A stretch of 64,000 nt of DNA from an uncultured Gemmatimonadaceae bacterium (GCA_963781585.1 CAWAGQ010000013.1:192001-256000); one strand, 5' to 3'; shown: positions 1 to 10,259, counted from the stretch's first letter. Made by a program: numbers and translations. Notes: generated by a model from the letters alone, not told the origin.

Positions 1-47
1 GCGCTCGGGCGCGCGCTGGCCTCGCCCGGATTGGCTTCGCCAAACCG

Positions 48-842
48 ATGACCGCGGCGTCGGAAACCCATCGCCCTCACCGTACCCGGAAGCGCTGGTT
101 ACTGGCAGCGATCCCGATCGCGGTCTTGTCATGCGCTCCGGCGAGGCCGACCTATGTGCCGCGCGATCCGGCGCTGCGCCGTGAACCGCTCTACTTCTAC
201 CCCGCGCGCGGCACGCCGCGGGCGATGCTCTTCTTCCTCGGCAACGACGTCGGATTCTGGGACGCGCATCAGCGCCTCGCCATGCGCGTCTCGGCAAACG
301 GAGTTGCGGCCGTGGGCCTCGACGTGCGGCCGATCCTCCGGACACTGCCGGCGGGGCCGCAGGCGCGACGGGCGTCGGAGTACGCGAGCGCCATCACGCG
401 ACTCATTGCCGGGGCACGACGCGAGCTGGGCGTCCAGGACCGCCCGCTCCTGATTGGCGGTCACTCCATCGGCGCCGAACTCGCGGTGTATACGGCAGCC
501 CAGGTGCCACTCCCCGGGCTCGTGGGCGTGCTCGCCCTGAGCCCCGGACTGAGAGGACACCTCCGGGTTTCGCTGGGCGACATCTTCATGTCGGGGGAAC
601 CCACCGAACCGGGAAGTTTTGCGCTGGCGGACGAGATTCGCGCGCTGCCGTCGCGCGTGGCCGTTGCAATCGTACGCGGACAGCGTGACCCGTATCCCAA
701 CGCGGATTCGGCGTTCGCGGTGGCCGGTGGGGAGCGCCTGCGGCGTTGGGCGGTGCCGTTCGCGGGGCACTCGCTCAAGCAGCTCGTGCTCACCTGGCCG
801 GTAGTCGCGCGCGCGCTCACTTATCTCCTGACCGAGGAGTAG
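48..842 (+). CDS. Alpha/beta hydrolase, AcvB/VirJ-like (lysyl-phosphatidylglycerol hydrolase-like), probable lipoprotein
   Basis: Hydrophobic N-terminus ending VLSC; GNDVG motif, nucleophile elbow GHSIG, C-terminal AGH. Confidence 0.65.
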   Translation: MTAASETHRPHRTRKRWLLAAIPIAVLSCAPARPTYVPRDPALRREPLYFYPARGTPRAMLFFLGNDVGFWDAHQRLAMRVSANGVAAVGLDVRPILRTLPAGPQARRASEYASAITRLIAGARRELGVQDRPLLIGGHSIGAELAVYTAAQVPLPGLVGVLALSPGLRGHLRVSLGDIFMSGEPTEPGSFALADEIRALPSRVAVAIVRGQRDPYPNADSAFAVAGGERLRRWAVPFAGHSLKQLVLTWPVVARALTYLLTEE

Positions 843-973
843 AGCCGGCGTCCTGGCGCCGCCGGAGTCGGACGCGTGCCAGCGGCGTTTTGCGCCATTG
901 TCACGCCAGGACGGGTGCCTTCGCGGTCACCCACGATTTCACCGGCCGGATCGACGGCCTCGGGTCTACGACC

Positions 974-1627
974 TCATCCTTCGTCGAGGAAGACCAACGC
1001 GCGCCCGCTGGCGACCACGCGCGCGAGGGCCGGGAGCACCGATGGACATACCACCGGCGTATCGAGCCCCAGCAGGTATTCGATGGCCTGCTGGCTCGTC
1101 ATGTAGCTTCGGTACGCCCGCGGCGACGTCAGGGCATCGAACACATCGGCGGCGCCTACGATCCGACCCCCCAATGAGATCGTGTCGCCCTTCAGTCCCT
1201 GGGGGTAGCCGCTGCCGTCCCGACGCTCCTGGTGGTGCCGGATGAACTCGATCACCGGTCCCAGATGGGTGAGCGGCGCGAGGATTTCGAGGCTGATGCG
1301 CACCGAGTCGCGAACGTGTGCGTACTCCTCGTCGGTGAGTCTCGCCGGCTTGTTGAGCACTTCCTCGCGGATGCCGATCTTCCCCACGTCGTGCAGCCGG
1401 CCGGCCAGGCGCACCTGCTCCACGAAGTCGTCACCCAGGTTGAGTTCGGCCGCGATCGAGGCCGCGGTCGCGGCCACGCGCTCGGAATGCCCGCGCAGGA
1501 ATGGGCTCTTGGCTTCCATCGCGTTGATGAGCGCTTGCGCGATGTTCGTGCTGAGCTCTTCCAGACGCTGATTCTCCCGCTCCAAAGCCGAGAGATCGGA
1601 GGGTCGTCCGCTGAGATGAGAAGTCAT
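974..1627 (-). CDS. Stand-alone HD-GYP domain phosphodiesterase
   Basis: GHSERVA, LHDVGKIG, HHQERRDGSGYPQGL, ADVFDALTSPRAYR; start taken at ATG 1627 (the ORF-track extension to 1927 looks non-coding). Confidence 0.9.
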   Translation of the reverse strand: MTSHLSGRPSDLSALERENQRLEELSTNIAQALINAMEAKSPFLRGHSERVAATAASIAAELNLGDDFVEQVRLAGRLHDVGKIGIREEVLNKPARLTDEEYAHVRDSVRISLEILAPLTHLGPVIEFIRHHQERRDGSGYPQGLKGDTISLGGRIVGAADVFDALTSPRAYRSYMTSQQAIEYLLGLDTPVVCPSVLPALARVVASGRALVFLDEG

Positions 1628-1974
1628 CAGGGAATCTGGGGGTGGGGACGCGACAAGATCGGCGTCGTCACCACCTGCGACCGACACGCCAGGGGAACCT
1701 TCGATACACGAGGTAACATGTATCGGTCTGAGATGGAGCCGTCCTGATTGACGAGCGCTCCCGCCGGAACGTCCCGCGCTGACCGGGGGCGGCACGCATT
1801 GGGGCACCGGCATATCGGCCACGTAACCGTCTTCAGGCGCCCTCCTGGCAAACGGCAATCTACCTCTCGCGGGCGGCCCGGAAAGCGCGCCGGCCAAAAC
1901 GGGCCGCCCTTCGCGGGGGCCTCCCACGAGGGTGCGGTGGAGGCCCCGCCTGAGACGCGGGAGCGCCCGGTGGG

Positions 1975-2571
1975 TCAGGCGCGCAGGACCGGCACGTCCA
2001 CCACGTGTTCGGCAAGGAACCAGGCCTGCATCTCGTTGCGTCGAACGATGTCGCTCACGATCAGGTCGTTGGTGCCGTCGTCTCCCGAGTTCGCGGCGCG
2101 GTGCGCCATCGACCGCGCTTCCTCGAGCAGGATCTCGTGCGCGAAGAGCAGGCGCGAGATCTGTACCGGCGCTTCCTCGCGGCCTTTCGGAGGACGCGGG
2201 ATCAGGGTCGTCTCGGCGACATCGGGCGCCATGGCGATGCTCACGCCTCCCAGCTGCTGCACGCGCTCGGCGATCAGATCGACCAGTTCGTTCTGCTCCG
2301 CGTAATGCTTGTCGAAGAGGAGATGAAGCTGGTAGAACGTTGGACCGCTCACCTGCCAGTGGTGCTTCTTGTACAGGTCACGCAACGTGATCGTGTCAGC
2401 GAGGAGCTGATTGAGGTTCTCGGCGGATTCGGCGCAGACCTTCTGCGACAGGGCGATCGGGCGCTTGGCGATGTGCCCGTAGGGTTGCACCTCATGAGCG
2501 TGCTGGTTCAGCACTGGACGCGCCCGCGTGATCACGGCCTCGGCGTCCCGGGTCTTCTTGTTGTTCTTCAT
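1975..2571 (-). CDS. dps: DNA starvation/stationary phase protection protein Dps
   Basis: KKHHWQVSGPTFYQLHLLFD...DLIAERVQQLGG ferroxidase motifs; GDDGTNDL. Confidence 0.95.
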   Translation of the reverse strand: MKNNKKTRDAEAVITRARPVLNQHAHEVQPYGHIAKRPIALSQKVCAESAENLNQLLADTITLRDLYKKHHWQVSGPTFYQLHLLFDKHYAEQNELVDLIAERVQQLGGVSIAMAPDVAETTLIPRPPKGREEAPVQISRLLFAHEILLEEARSMAHRAANSGDDGTNDLIVSDIVRRNEMQAWFLAEHVVDVPVLRA

Positions 2572-2759
2572 CGTATGGACTCCCGGTCCTGGTTCAGTTT
2601 GGCAGGTGTTGTCTCTCCGTGCCCTCGGTTGTTCGCATCATAAGTGGTACGCACGATCGCGCGCGAACGCAGTCGCGCGATGCCCGGCGGATCGACCGGG
2701 AAACGCCGATTCCGCTTCGAACGGGAGCGTGCTTCGCCTCCCCCTTCGGATCGGGGACC

Positions 2760-4454
2760 CTACCCGGCCAGGTACTGGTGGACGGCCGAGATCGCAATCG
2801 AGCCCTCGCCAACAGCGGATGAGACGCGCTTGACGCTGTCGGCTCGGACGTCGCCCACGGCGAAGACGCCCGGGAGGCTGGTCTCGAGGAGGAAGGGCGA
2901 ACGGGCCAACGGCCAGTGCGCCGCCGCGAGGTCCTCCGGCGTCAGGGACGTCCCCGTCTTGATGAATCCCCGCGCATCCATTGCGACGCATCGCTCGAGC
3001 CACTCGGTGCTCGGCGCGGCGCCGGTCATGGAGAAGACGTGGCGTACGCCGAGGGTCTCCGAATGGCCGGTCTGATTGTCTCGCCACGTCACCTGCTCGA
3101 GATGGACGTTGCCGTCGAGCCCGACGATCTCGGTGAATGGGTGGAGCTCGATGTCGGGGTGGTCCTCGATCCGCCGGATCAGATAGCGCGACATCGTATC
3201 GCGCAGGCCGGCCGAGCGCACCAGTACGTGCACCGTGCGCGCCGTCTGGGCGAGGAAGACGGCGGCCTGGCCGGCCGAATTGCCTCCGCCGACCACGATC
3301 ACGTCTTCGCCATCACAGAGCTGCGCCTCCATGAAGGTTGCTGCGTAGTAGACGCCGGCGCCTTCGAACCGCGCAAGGTTTTCGATGGTGAGGCGCCGAT
3401 ATTCCGCCCCGGTGGCGATCACGACCGCGCGCGCGGGGATCCGCTGGCCGTCGCCGATCTCGAGGGCGAAGGGGCGGCGGTCGCACGAGAGCCTGGTGGC
3501 GTTGCGCGCGACCATGACCTGGGCGCCGAATTTCTGCGCCTGCACGTGGGCGCGCGCGGCCAGCTCCTGGCCCGAGACGCCGGTGGGGAATCCCAGGTAG
3601 TTTTCGATGCGCGAACTGGAGCCCGCTTGTCCGCCGGGGGCGGTGGATTCGACGACGAGGACGTCGAGCCCCTCGGACGCGCCGTAGACGGCCGCGGCCA
3701 GGCCCGCAGGCCCGGCGCCAACGACGACCACGTCGCGCAGCCGGGCCTGGTTGATGTCTTCGTTGAAGCCAAGGCAGTCGGCGATTTCCTGATTGGATGG
3801 ATTGCGCAGGACGATCTCGCCGCGACAGATCAGCACCGGGATGTCGTGCACGTCGATGTGGAAGCGATCGAGCAGGTCCTGCACCTGCGGGTCGCGATCG
3901 AGATCGAGTGACGTGTAGGGATGCCCATTCCTGGTGAGGAATTCGCGCACGCGCAGCGTGCCCTGACAGTGATTCGAGCCGATGAGCACCACGTCACCGA
4001 TGCCGCGAGCAATGAGCTCCACGCGCCGCAGGATGAATGCCCGCATGAGGATGTCGCTCAGCTCGCCGTCGGTCTGGATGAGGGCGAGCAGGCGCTCGCG
4101 ATCCACTTCGATGACCTCGCCGGGCTCGCCGCCGCGAATGAGCACCATGCCCGGGCGCCCGCTCAGCATGTTTCCCTCGCCCGTGAACTTGCCGGGGCCG
4201 AAGACGGCAATGAGGTCGCCGCCCGACGCGGCTGGTCGGACGAGCTCGATGGTGCCGGATACCACCACGAAGCTGTGTGTGACGGGTTTCCCCGGTTCGA
4301 CGAGGACCTCGCCGTGCGCGACCTGCCGTCGGCGGCCGTGGCCGGCGATTCGGTCCAGCAGTGCGGGGGAGAGGGTGGGATAGACCTGATCGATCCGCTC
4401 GGGGTGGGCGAGGGGGAGGACGGCGGTTTCGAGGGTGGCGTTCACGTTAGGCAT
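2760..4454 (-). CDS. cNMP-binding domain / thioredoxin reductase-like FAD-dependent oxidoreductase
   Basis: N-terminal cNMP-like domain (GKFTGE), GAGPAG, GGGNSAGQAA, TSLPGVFAVGDVR; start at ATG 4454 (MPNV). Confidence 0.9.
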   Translation of the reverse strand: MPNVNATLETAVLPLAHPERIDQVYPTLSPALLDRIAGHGRRRQVAHGEVLVEPGKPVTHSFVVVSGTIELVRPAASGGDLIAVFGPGKFTGEGNMLSGRPGMVLIRGGEPGEVIEVDRERLLALIQTDGELSDILMRAFILRRVELIARGIGDVVLIGSNHCQGTLRVREFLTRNGHPYTSLDLDRDPQVQDLLDRFHIDVHDIPVLICRGEIVLRNPSNQEIADCLGFNEDINQARLRDVVVVGAGPAGLAAAVYGASEGLDVLVVESTAPGGQAGSSSRIENYLGFPTGVSGQELAARAHVQAQKFGAQVMVARNATRLSCDRRPFALEIGDGQRIPARAVVIATGAEYRRLTIENLARFEGAGVYYAATFMEAQLCDGEDVIVVGGGNSAGQAAVFLAQTARTVHVLVRSAGLRDTMSRYLIRRIEDHPDIELHPFTEIVGLDGNVHLEQVTWRDNQTGHSETLGVRHVFSMTGAAPSTEWLERCVAMDARGFIKTGTSLTPEDLAAAHWPLARSPFLLETSLPGVFAVGDVRADSVKRVSSAVGEGSIAISAVHQYLAG

Positions 4455-4763
4455 GGAGCGGCTCCGCATCGATGGAAGCGGAGTGGGTTCGGTCGTGCGC
4501 CTTCGCGGCGCGGCACATCCAGGATGCCGGGGTGCGTCCTGTTCGTAAGGTAGTGCGGGCGTCTACCCCTTGTCGGCGCAGGTGACCGGCGGCAGGCGAG
4601 AGCTGGTGTGTTCGGGCTTGTGGCGGACCGGACAGCGGGGGGGTTGAGGGCGGTCGCTGAGCTGGCGGGGCCTCAGGCGCGTTTTGAGACGGTTTCGGCC
4701 GCCGTGCGGCTGTGTAGCCGATGGCATGCAGGGGCAAGTAAGTTTCGTTCCTTGTTTGTCTTC

Positions 4764-4836
<73 letters not shown>

Positions 4837-4981
4837 TGCTCCGGTGCGCCAAGCGGTCGCGCTGCACTGCACCTCGCGGCCGGTTGCGCGCGAAATTGGG
4901 AGCTTTGGCACCAGCAATCGTTCGCGTCGACGTCGTGCGGGAAAGCGTGCTGCGGGCGCTGTGGGAGGGGGGGCTGGACGA

Positions 4982-5557
4982 TTAGATGAACAAGTCGGCC
5001 AGCTCACACGCGAACCCCGGCAGCACATCCTCGCCGTCCAATGCCCCGCTGTGGTCGACATACGACTCGCTTCCGTCCGCGCGATAAATCCTCGCCTGCG
5101 CGCGAGCCGGATCGATGACCCACACGAGGCGACTTCCGGCGTCGAGCCAGTCGGCGACCTTCGACAGCACTGCTGCGGGTCGCTCCCCTGGAGACAACAC
5201 CTCGACGGCAAGGTCGGGCGCCAGGGAGGCGTAGCCGGCGGGGAGAGGCGAAGGCAGACGATCAGTGGAGACGAATGCCACGTCCGCGGCCCGTACCGTG
5301 TCCGGATCGCGCGCAAGCTGGAACCCCGTTTCCGCGGCGAAGACACGCCCCAGACCCTGCGCCTTGACGTGATTGGCGAGCAGCGCTGCCAGCTCGAGGG
5401 AGACGGCGCCATGTCGGGATCCCGGCGGCTCGCTGACCCGCAGTCGCCCGCGAACGAGCTCGGTCCGCTTGCCCGGCGCGTCGATCTGCAGCAATTCCCC
5501 CGCGGTGACGAGCGCGTTCGGCGGCATATCCGGAAGGTACCGCGGAGCAGTCGACAT
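4982..5557 (-). CDS. Uma2 family (PD-(D/E)XK-like) putative endonuclease
   Basis: ELVRG, H, ETGF...PDTVRAADVAFV, APDLAVEVLSP, GSRLVWVIDP, LPGF pattern. Confidence 0.9.
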   Translation of the reverse strand: MSTAPRYLPDMPPNALVTAGELLQIDAPGKRTELVRGRLRVSEPPGSRHGAVSLELAALLANHVKAQGLGRVFAAETGFQLARDPDTVRAADVAFVSTDRLPSPLPAGYASLAPDLAVEVLSPGERPAAVLSKVADWLDAGSRLVWVIDPARAQARIYRADGSESYVDHSGALDGEDVLPGFACELADLFI

Positions 5558-5722
5558 GGGGAGGCAATTTCGGGCGCGCGCGTCACAACGGCGTCACCCG
5601 ACGCGGGCGGCGACGGACAGGAACGTCAACCTGTTCGAGTCCCGGGAGAGCAACACATCGACGGCGCTGTCGGCTGGTGCGCGATCGCCGAGCACGTCCG
5701 ACGCGAACGGCTCACTGCGCGC

Positions 5723-6922
5723 TCAGATTCCCTCGAGCGAATACACCCGCACGTGCTCCACGTCGTCACTGTCCCGCCAGACGCCGTACACCCGGGATGC
5801 TGTGAAGGCGAGCGGACGGAGCCCCTCAGGCAGCGCGACGGCCACCGCGATGCGTGACCGCGAGTCCAGGCGTATCCAGAGATTCTCCGGCTGATCCAAC
5901 CCAGGATACACTTCGAGCCACAGTCGTCCCGCACCGTCGGTCTCGAACCGCCGATACGCGGGCCTGGTCCTGGGATACGGCATCTCGGAAACCATTCGCT
6001 CCCCGATGACCCGGTCTTCGCCCTGACTTCCTTCGAGCGATTTCTCCCGGAACGCATCCTTGTCGCGCGGCGTGACGGGAGAGACCTCACGCTGCAGGTG
6101 GTGGGTGCGGATCACGGCGCCATTCAGATCCCGCTCCTCGACCGACCAGTCGGTGCCATCGCCGTCGAGAATCGAGCGCGGGCCGGCGCGCACTGTCATC
6201 GCGCGGCCGAAGGCCAGATTCCAGTATGCCACGCCGCCCATCCGCGGCGTTGAGGCCTGGACGAAATGTTCGCTGTCGGGGAGGCGAAGCGGACCTCCCC
6301 CCCGGATCTCGCCGGTCGTGGAATAGCGATAGAGGCGTTGCCAGAATGTCACGGCGTCGGGCTGCGGAGCCATCGTCCTCACTTCCGAGTAGCCGATCAG
6401 CAGCGTGCCGTCCGTCAGCGCGATCATGTGCGTTGCCGAGCCACCGCCGTCGAACGGCGCCGTGATGGGGAATGAGCGGACGAAGCCGCCGTTGGGGCCG
6501 AGAATCGACAGCCGGCGCTCGGAAGGGTCGAAGACGGCGATCGAATCGTGAGGCAGGAAGCCGACCTCGCGCACGCCGCTATACTCCCCCGGGCCGTGCC
6601 CCTTGCGTCCCGCAGACGAGACAAAGTGCCCCGTCGCATCGAAGAACCGCAACTCGCTGGTCGCACCGTTCACTACGATGAATCCACCGTCGCCGCGCGG
6701 CAGGATGGTCACGATGCGGAGGAAGTCCATCGCGCCGCCGGCCGACCCGCCAAGGTCGAGCAGTGGCGCGTGCTGCGGAAGCGTACGGATCGTCGTGGGG
6801 TTCGCGTACTCCACGACGGTGCGCGCGGGCTGCGCGGCGATCGTGCAGATCCCGCTCGCGCACAGAATCCCGGGAAGGAACCTCAGCGACGGGATCGCCC
6901 GGTTGGATCGGAGCTGGCGCAC
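5723..6922 (-). CDS. Secreted 6-bladed beta-propeller protein
   Basis: ELRFFDATGHFVSSAGRKGHGPGEY, DSIAVFD, C-terminal VYGVWRDSDDVEHVRVY; GTG start at 6922 after a G-rich SD (start uncertain). Confidence 0.75.
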   Translation of the reverse strand: MRQLRSNRAIPSLRFLPGILCASGICTIAAQPARTVVEYANPTTIRTLPQHAPLLDLGGSAGGAMDFLRIVTILPRGDGGFIVVNGATSELRFFDATGHFVSSAGRKGHGPGEYSGVREVGFLPHDSIAVFDPSERRLSILGPNGGFVRSFPITAPFDGGGSATHMIALTDGTLLIGYSEVRTMAPQPDAVTFWQRLYRYSTTGEIRGGGPLRLPDSEHFVQASTPRMGGVAYWNLAFGRAMTVRAGPRSILDGDGTDWSVEERDLNGAVIRTHHLQREVSPVTPRDKDAFREKSLEGSQGEDRVIGERMVSEMPYPRTRPAYRRFETDGAGRLWLEVYPGLDQPENLWIRLDSRSRIAVAVALPEGLRPLAFTASRVYGVWRDSDDVEHVRVYSLEGI

Positions 6923-7149
6923 TGTCCCCCCTTCAACGGTTCGTGACCGGGTGTAGCGCTCATCGTCAAAACGGAGAGTGGTCGCCGCCCTGACCTCCGC
7001 AATGGCGTTCAGGCTGTGTTCCTTCATGCACTCCGGATCATGGCGCATTCCGGGCCGGATGGCCAGCCACGCGGGCGCCGGGCTGTGGGTACCCAACGCC
7101 GGGCGCCGAATCGATCCGGCAGCACCTCCGCTCTGCGAACTGGCCGCCC

Positions 7150-8265
7150 TCAGCCAACGTCCTCCGCTGGCACCGGTGCCGTCTTCCCGGACTCGCCAAG
7201 CGCCATCGTCATCACGCGCTGCAGGACATCTTCGGCGCGCGCGACCCAGTCGCGGAACCACGCGTTGTCGATTCGCGCGGGGAGCGACGCCAGCCGATCG
7301 AGCTCGAATCGATCAGCGCTCATGGCGAGGCCCGCCTGCACGGCATCGCGCGCATTCCACCGCTGTTCGGCGTGACGCTCGACAGGCACGACGAACAACG
7401 GCTTGCCGAGCCAGGCCGCTTCCGAGACCGACTCGAAACCAGCGGTCGTCGCCACGCCCCGGCATCCTGCCATGAACCGGAGGAACTTCTCACCCGACAG
7501 TCGGTGAAAGGTGAGGGTCGGCGCCGCCTGCTCCACTTCCGGTGCCCCGGGCAGGTCGTAGAAACAGTGCAGCTCCACTTCGGGATGCGCGCGATGCCAG
7601 CGGCGCACATCCTCGTGGTATCCGTGATTCACCAGGTAGACGAGGAAGTAGTCACCCTGCGTTGGCGTCAAGTCGAAGAGCTCACGACGGAGCAGGGGAG
7701 GGCCGACGATAACGTGTCGTCCGGGCTGATCAGGCGCCGGGTAGAGCGAAAGCGCGAGCTTCCACGAACGGCAGCCGACCAGGTCGGCGAACAGCCGGAG
7801 TGACCATTGGTCCGCACGCGCGGAGAAGGGCGCGCGATGCGCAGGATGCCCGATCATGTGCTGATGGGCGATCGAGATCACCGGAACGCCAAGCGGTGAA
7901 AAGAACTGCGCGAGTCCGGTGAGCGGCTCGAGGAAGTTGAAGATCAGGTCGGGGCGGGCGTCGGCGACCGCCGCCCGCAGACTCGTCAGGCTCCGGCGCC
8001 AGGTCCGGTGCGCGGCCAGCGCGCGCCACGCCGTTGCCGCCATGTTGACGGAGCGGCCGGCGCGCACTGCGAAGCCGGGGCTCGGCAGTTCCACGATCGG
8101 AGCGGACAGGCCCTGCACGACGTATTCGGGAAGAGCCCGCGATCCGTTGCGGCCGATGACGACGCGGACGACCTCATGCGCCGACCGGGACAGGATCTGG
8201 CGCACGGCGAGCGCCTGCGTCATGTGGCCCCGCCCTTCGCCCTGTACTGTGAACAGGACTCTCAT
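7150..8265 (-). CDS. Glycosyltransferase (GT-B fold, MJ1255/VC2487-like)
   Basis: VQGEGRGHMTQA N-terminus; TAGFESVSEAAWLGKPL...HAEQRWNA. Confidence 0.85.
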   Translation of the reverse strand: MRVLFTVQGEGRGHMTQALAVRQILSRSAHEVVRVVIGRNGSRALPEYVVQGLSAPIVELPSPGFAVRAGRSVNMAATAWRALAAHRTWRRSLTSLRAAVADARPDLIFNFLEPLTGLAQFFSPLGVPVISIAHQHMIGHPAHRAPFSARADQWSLRLFADLVGCRSWKLALSLYPAPDQPGRHVIVGPPLLRRELFDLTPTQGDYFLVYLVNHGYHEDVRRWHRAHPEVELHCFYDLPGAPEVEQAAPTLTFHRLSGEKFLRFMAGCRGVATTAGFESVSEAAWLGKPLFVVPVERHAEQRWNARDAVQAGLAMSADRFELDRLASLPARIDNAWFRDWVARAEDVLQRVMTMALGESGKTAPVPAEDVG

Positions 8266-8659
8266 TGAAGTGGATGAGGCGGAAGTGACCGCGATCGTCT
8301 TCGACCAGCGCCGTACAGCTCTCCACCCAGTCGCCGCAGTTCATGTACTCGAGCGAACCGATGCGACGGATCTCGGCGCGATGGATGTGCCCACAGATGA
8401 TGCCGTGCACGCCGCGCGCCTCGGCGAGCCGGGTCATGGCGTTCTCGTAGCGGGTAATGTACTGGACCGCCTGCTTGGCGCGCCCCTTGAGGTACGCAGC
8501 GACCGACCAGTATCCGAGGCCGAATCGACGGCGCAGGCGGTTGAGCCAGAGGTTGAGGTTGAGGATGACGCTGTAGAGGTGGGATCCGACGTGCTCGAGC
8601 GAGCGATTGAAGTGGGTGAGGCCGTCGAACTGGTGCCCGTGGACCACGAGGTAGCTCCG
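8174..8659 (-). pseudogene. 5'-truncated metallophosphoesterase (UDP-2,3-diacylglucosamine diphosphatase / PlcP-like), C-terminal half only
   Basis: YLVVHGHQFD, ICGHIH, YMNCGDWVESCTALVE present; N-terminal SDxH, GD and GNHD metal motifs absent and replaced by an unrelated gene. Confidence 0.75.
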
Positions 8660-8660
8660 G

Positions 8661-8963
8661 TCAGTCGGCGTCGACGATCCATCGGCGCGGTTCCTCGAGG
8701 ACGCGGGCGTCCAGATAATAGTGTCCAGGAGTCGTCTGCCGGATCACACGACGCCGCATCAGCCGGAGAAACGCCTCCTCCTCGGCCTTCGAGTGCGGGT
8801 GGAACCGCTGTGCTGTGGACGGACTGACCGCGCCGGCATCGCGGAACGCGTTGATCAGACCGGCCGCAGTGGGTGCAAACCACCGGACCAGCACGCGTCC
8901 CCCGGGGGGCCATTCGGTGGCGAGCGTACGAAGGAATTCCTGGATCGCGTTGCCAAGTGCCAT
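8661..8963 (-). CDS. Small hypothetical protein
   Basis: Coding-like ORF (FRDAGAVSPSTA...VIRQTTPGHYYLD); start at ATG 8963 uncertain. Confidence 0.55.
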   Translation of the reverse strand: MALGNAIQEFLRTLATEWPPGGRVLVRWFAPTAAGLINAFRDAGAVSPSTAQRFHPHSKAEEEAFLRLMRRRVIRQTTPGHYYLDARVLEEPRRWIVDAD

Positions 8964-9108
8964 GACGAGATCCCTGGCGTACTCGTGCGTAATCGGCGCC
9001 CGATTGCGGGCGGTCGGCTGCCGGCGCAACCTTAGCTTGTCGATGGTGGACCCGATCGCACAAGGCGCAGTTCAGTCACGCGCGCGAGCGCCAGCCAGGA
9101 GCATCACC

Positions 9109-9621
9109 ATGAACCCCTCGCGAACGATGGCGGCCCTTCTGGTGGCTATCGCACCACTGGCGCCCGGGCGCGCAGCGCGGAGCCAGGCGACCTCCACCGC
9201 GAAGGTCTGTGGGCTGTTGCCAATGGCCGCGATTGAATCCCACTTCGGGCAGAAGGCGAGCTCGGTCCGGGGATCGGATACGCCATCGGTCTCGATGTGC
9301 GCGGTGGACATTCAGGATCGTCGACACGGCGTGAACCTGATCAGCCAGCGCGAAGGCCCCGTCTCGGTGACCGTCCAGCAGCGCCTTGCCGCGATCAAGC
9401 CGGTGCTGGACAAGAAGGGAGCCAAGGTCCAGGACTTCGGCGACGCGGCATGTTACGACGACGATCTCGAGATGGGCGATAACACGAAGCTGCCCGCGGT
9501 CACGTGCTTCCTCGACAAGGGGGGCTATCTGAGTCTCACCGCGCGGAGCGATGATCGCACACAACTCTCGTTCGATGCCGTGAAGGATCTCCTGGAAAAG
9601 ACGGCTGCCAGGCGCAAATAG
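9109..9621 (+). CDS. Secreted hypothetical protein with 4 Cys
   Basis: AGGAG SD before ATG 9109, signal-peptide-like N-terminus, strong GC3 codon bias. Confidence 0.75.
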   Translation: MNPSRTMAALLVAIAPLAPGRAARSQATSTAKVCGLLPMAAIESHFGQKASSVRGSDTPSVSMCAVDIQDRRHGVNLISQREGPVSVTVQQRLAAIKPVLDKKGAKVQDFGDAACYDDDLEMGDNTKLPAVTCFLDKGGYLSLTARSDDRTQLSFDAVKDLLEKTAARRK

Positions 9622-9653
9622 GGATTCGCGGCCCGCGGTCAGGCATCGATGGG

Positions 9654-9737
9654 AGCGATCGGCGATCGCCGGTCAGCGGTCAGTTGTCAGTCCACGGCAG
9701 GCAGTTATCAGGGTGCAGCAGTCAGCGATCAGCCGCC
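9654..9737. repeat. Degenerate 7-bp tandem array, consensus AGCGRTC (family A), 12 phased units
   Basis: agcgatc ggcgatc gccggtc agcggtc agttgtc agtccac ggcaggc agttatc agggtgc agcagtc agcgatc agccgcc, between convergent genes. Confidence 0.8.
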
Positions 9738-9746
9738 GGCGGGTGC

Positions 9747-10259
9747 CTAACGCTGCGCGTCGGTGCGGGGCCTCGACACCTGGCGGATCGCCAGCGCCAC
9801 GACCGCCGCCAGCAGCCCCAGCCCCACCGCGGCCGCAGCGCGGTGGGTGCCGCCGGGCGTCCCCAGGCCGAGAAGCCCATCCAGCGAGTAGTCGCCCGGG
9901 CCCGTGAAGGCGATCATCAGCGCGCCCATCGCATACAGCAGCGGAATCTCGACGCCATTCTTCGCAGCGAAGAAGCCGTTGCGCACGTGAACCGTCACCG
10001 CGGCCACGATCATCACCGCGATCATGATCGCCGGCCCCACCGGTCCCAGGAGCCCCAGGGCCACCAGCAGTCCCCCCGATGTCTCGGCCAGGGCCAGCGT
10101 CAGGGCAAAGAACCGTTTCCACGGGAAGCCGAGCTTCACTATGAACTCGCCGGTGCCGGCGAGACCGTGGCCACCGTACCACCCGAACAGTTTCTGCGCA
10201 CCGTGGGCGGCCAGCCCGAGGCCGAAGTAGAGCCGCGCGATCAGGAGAGCGACGCTCAT
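9747..10259 (-). CDS. DoxX family membrane protein
   Basis: RLYFGLGLAAHGAQKLFGWYGGHGL, AETSGG, VHVRNGFF, GPGDYSLD. Confidence 0.9.
   Translation of the reverse strand: MSVALLIARLYFGLGLAAHGAQKLFGWYGGHGLAGTGEFIVKLGFPWKRFFALTLALAETSGGLLVALGLLGPVGPAIMIAVMIVAAVTVHVRNGFFAAKNGVEIPLLYAMGALMIAFTGPGDYSLDGLLGLGTPGGTHRAAAAVGLGLLAAVVALAIRQVSRPRTDAQR

Noticed and set aside
1628..1974. Possible c-di-GMP riboswitch upstream of the HD-GYP gene
   Set aside because: Could not find the GEMM P1/P2 architecture on the coding strand; only generic GC-rich pairing
5594..5722. 42 open codons in frame after the beta-propeller TGA (readthrough or gene remnant)
   Set aside because: Open frames of this length are common at this GC; no recognisable motif or SECIS-like support
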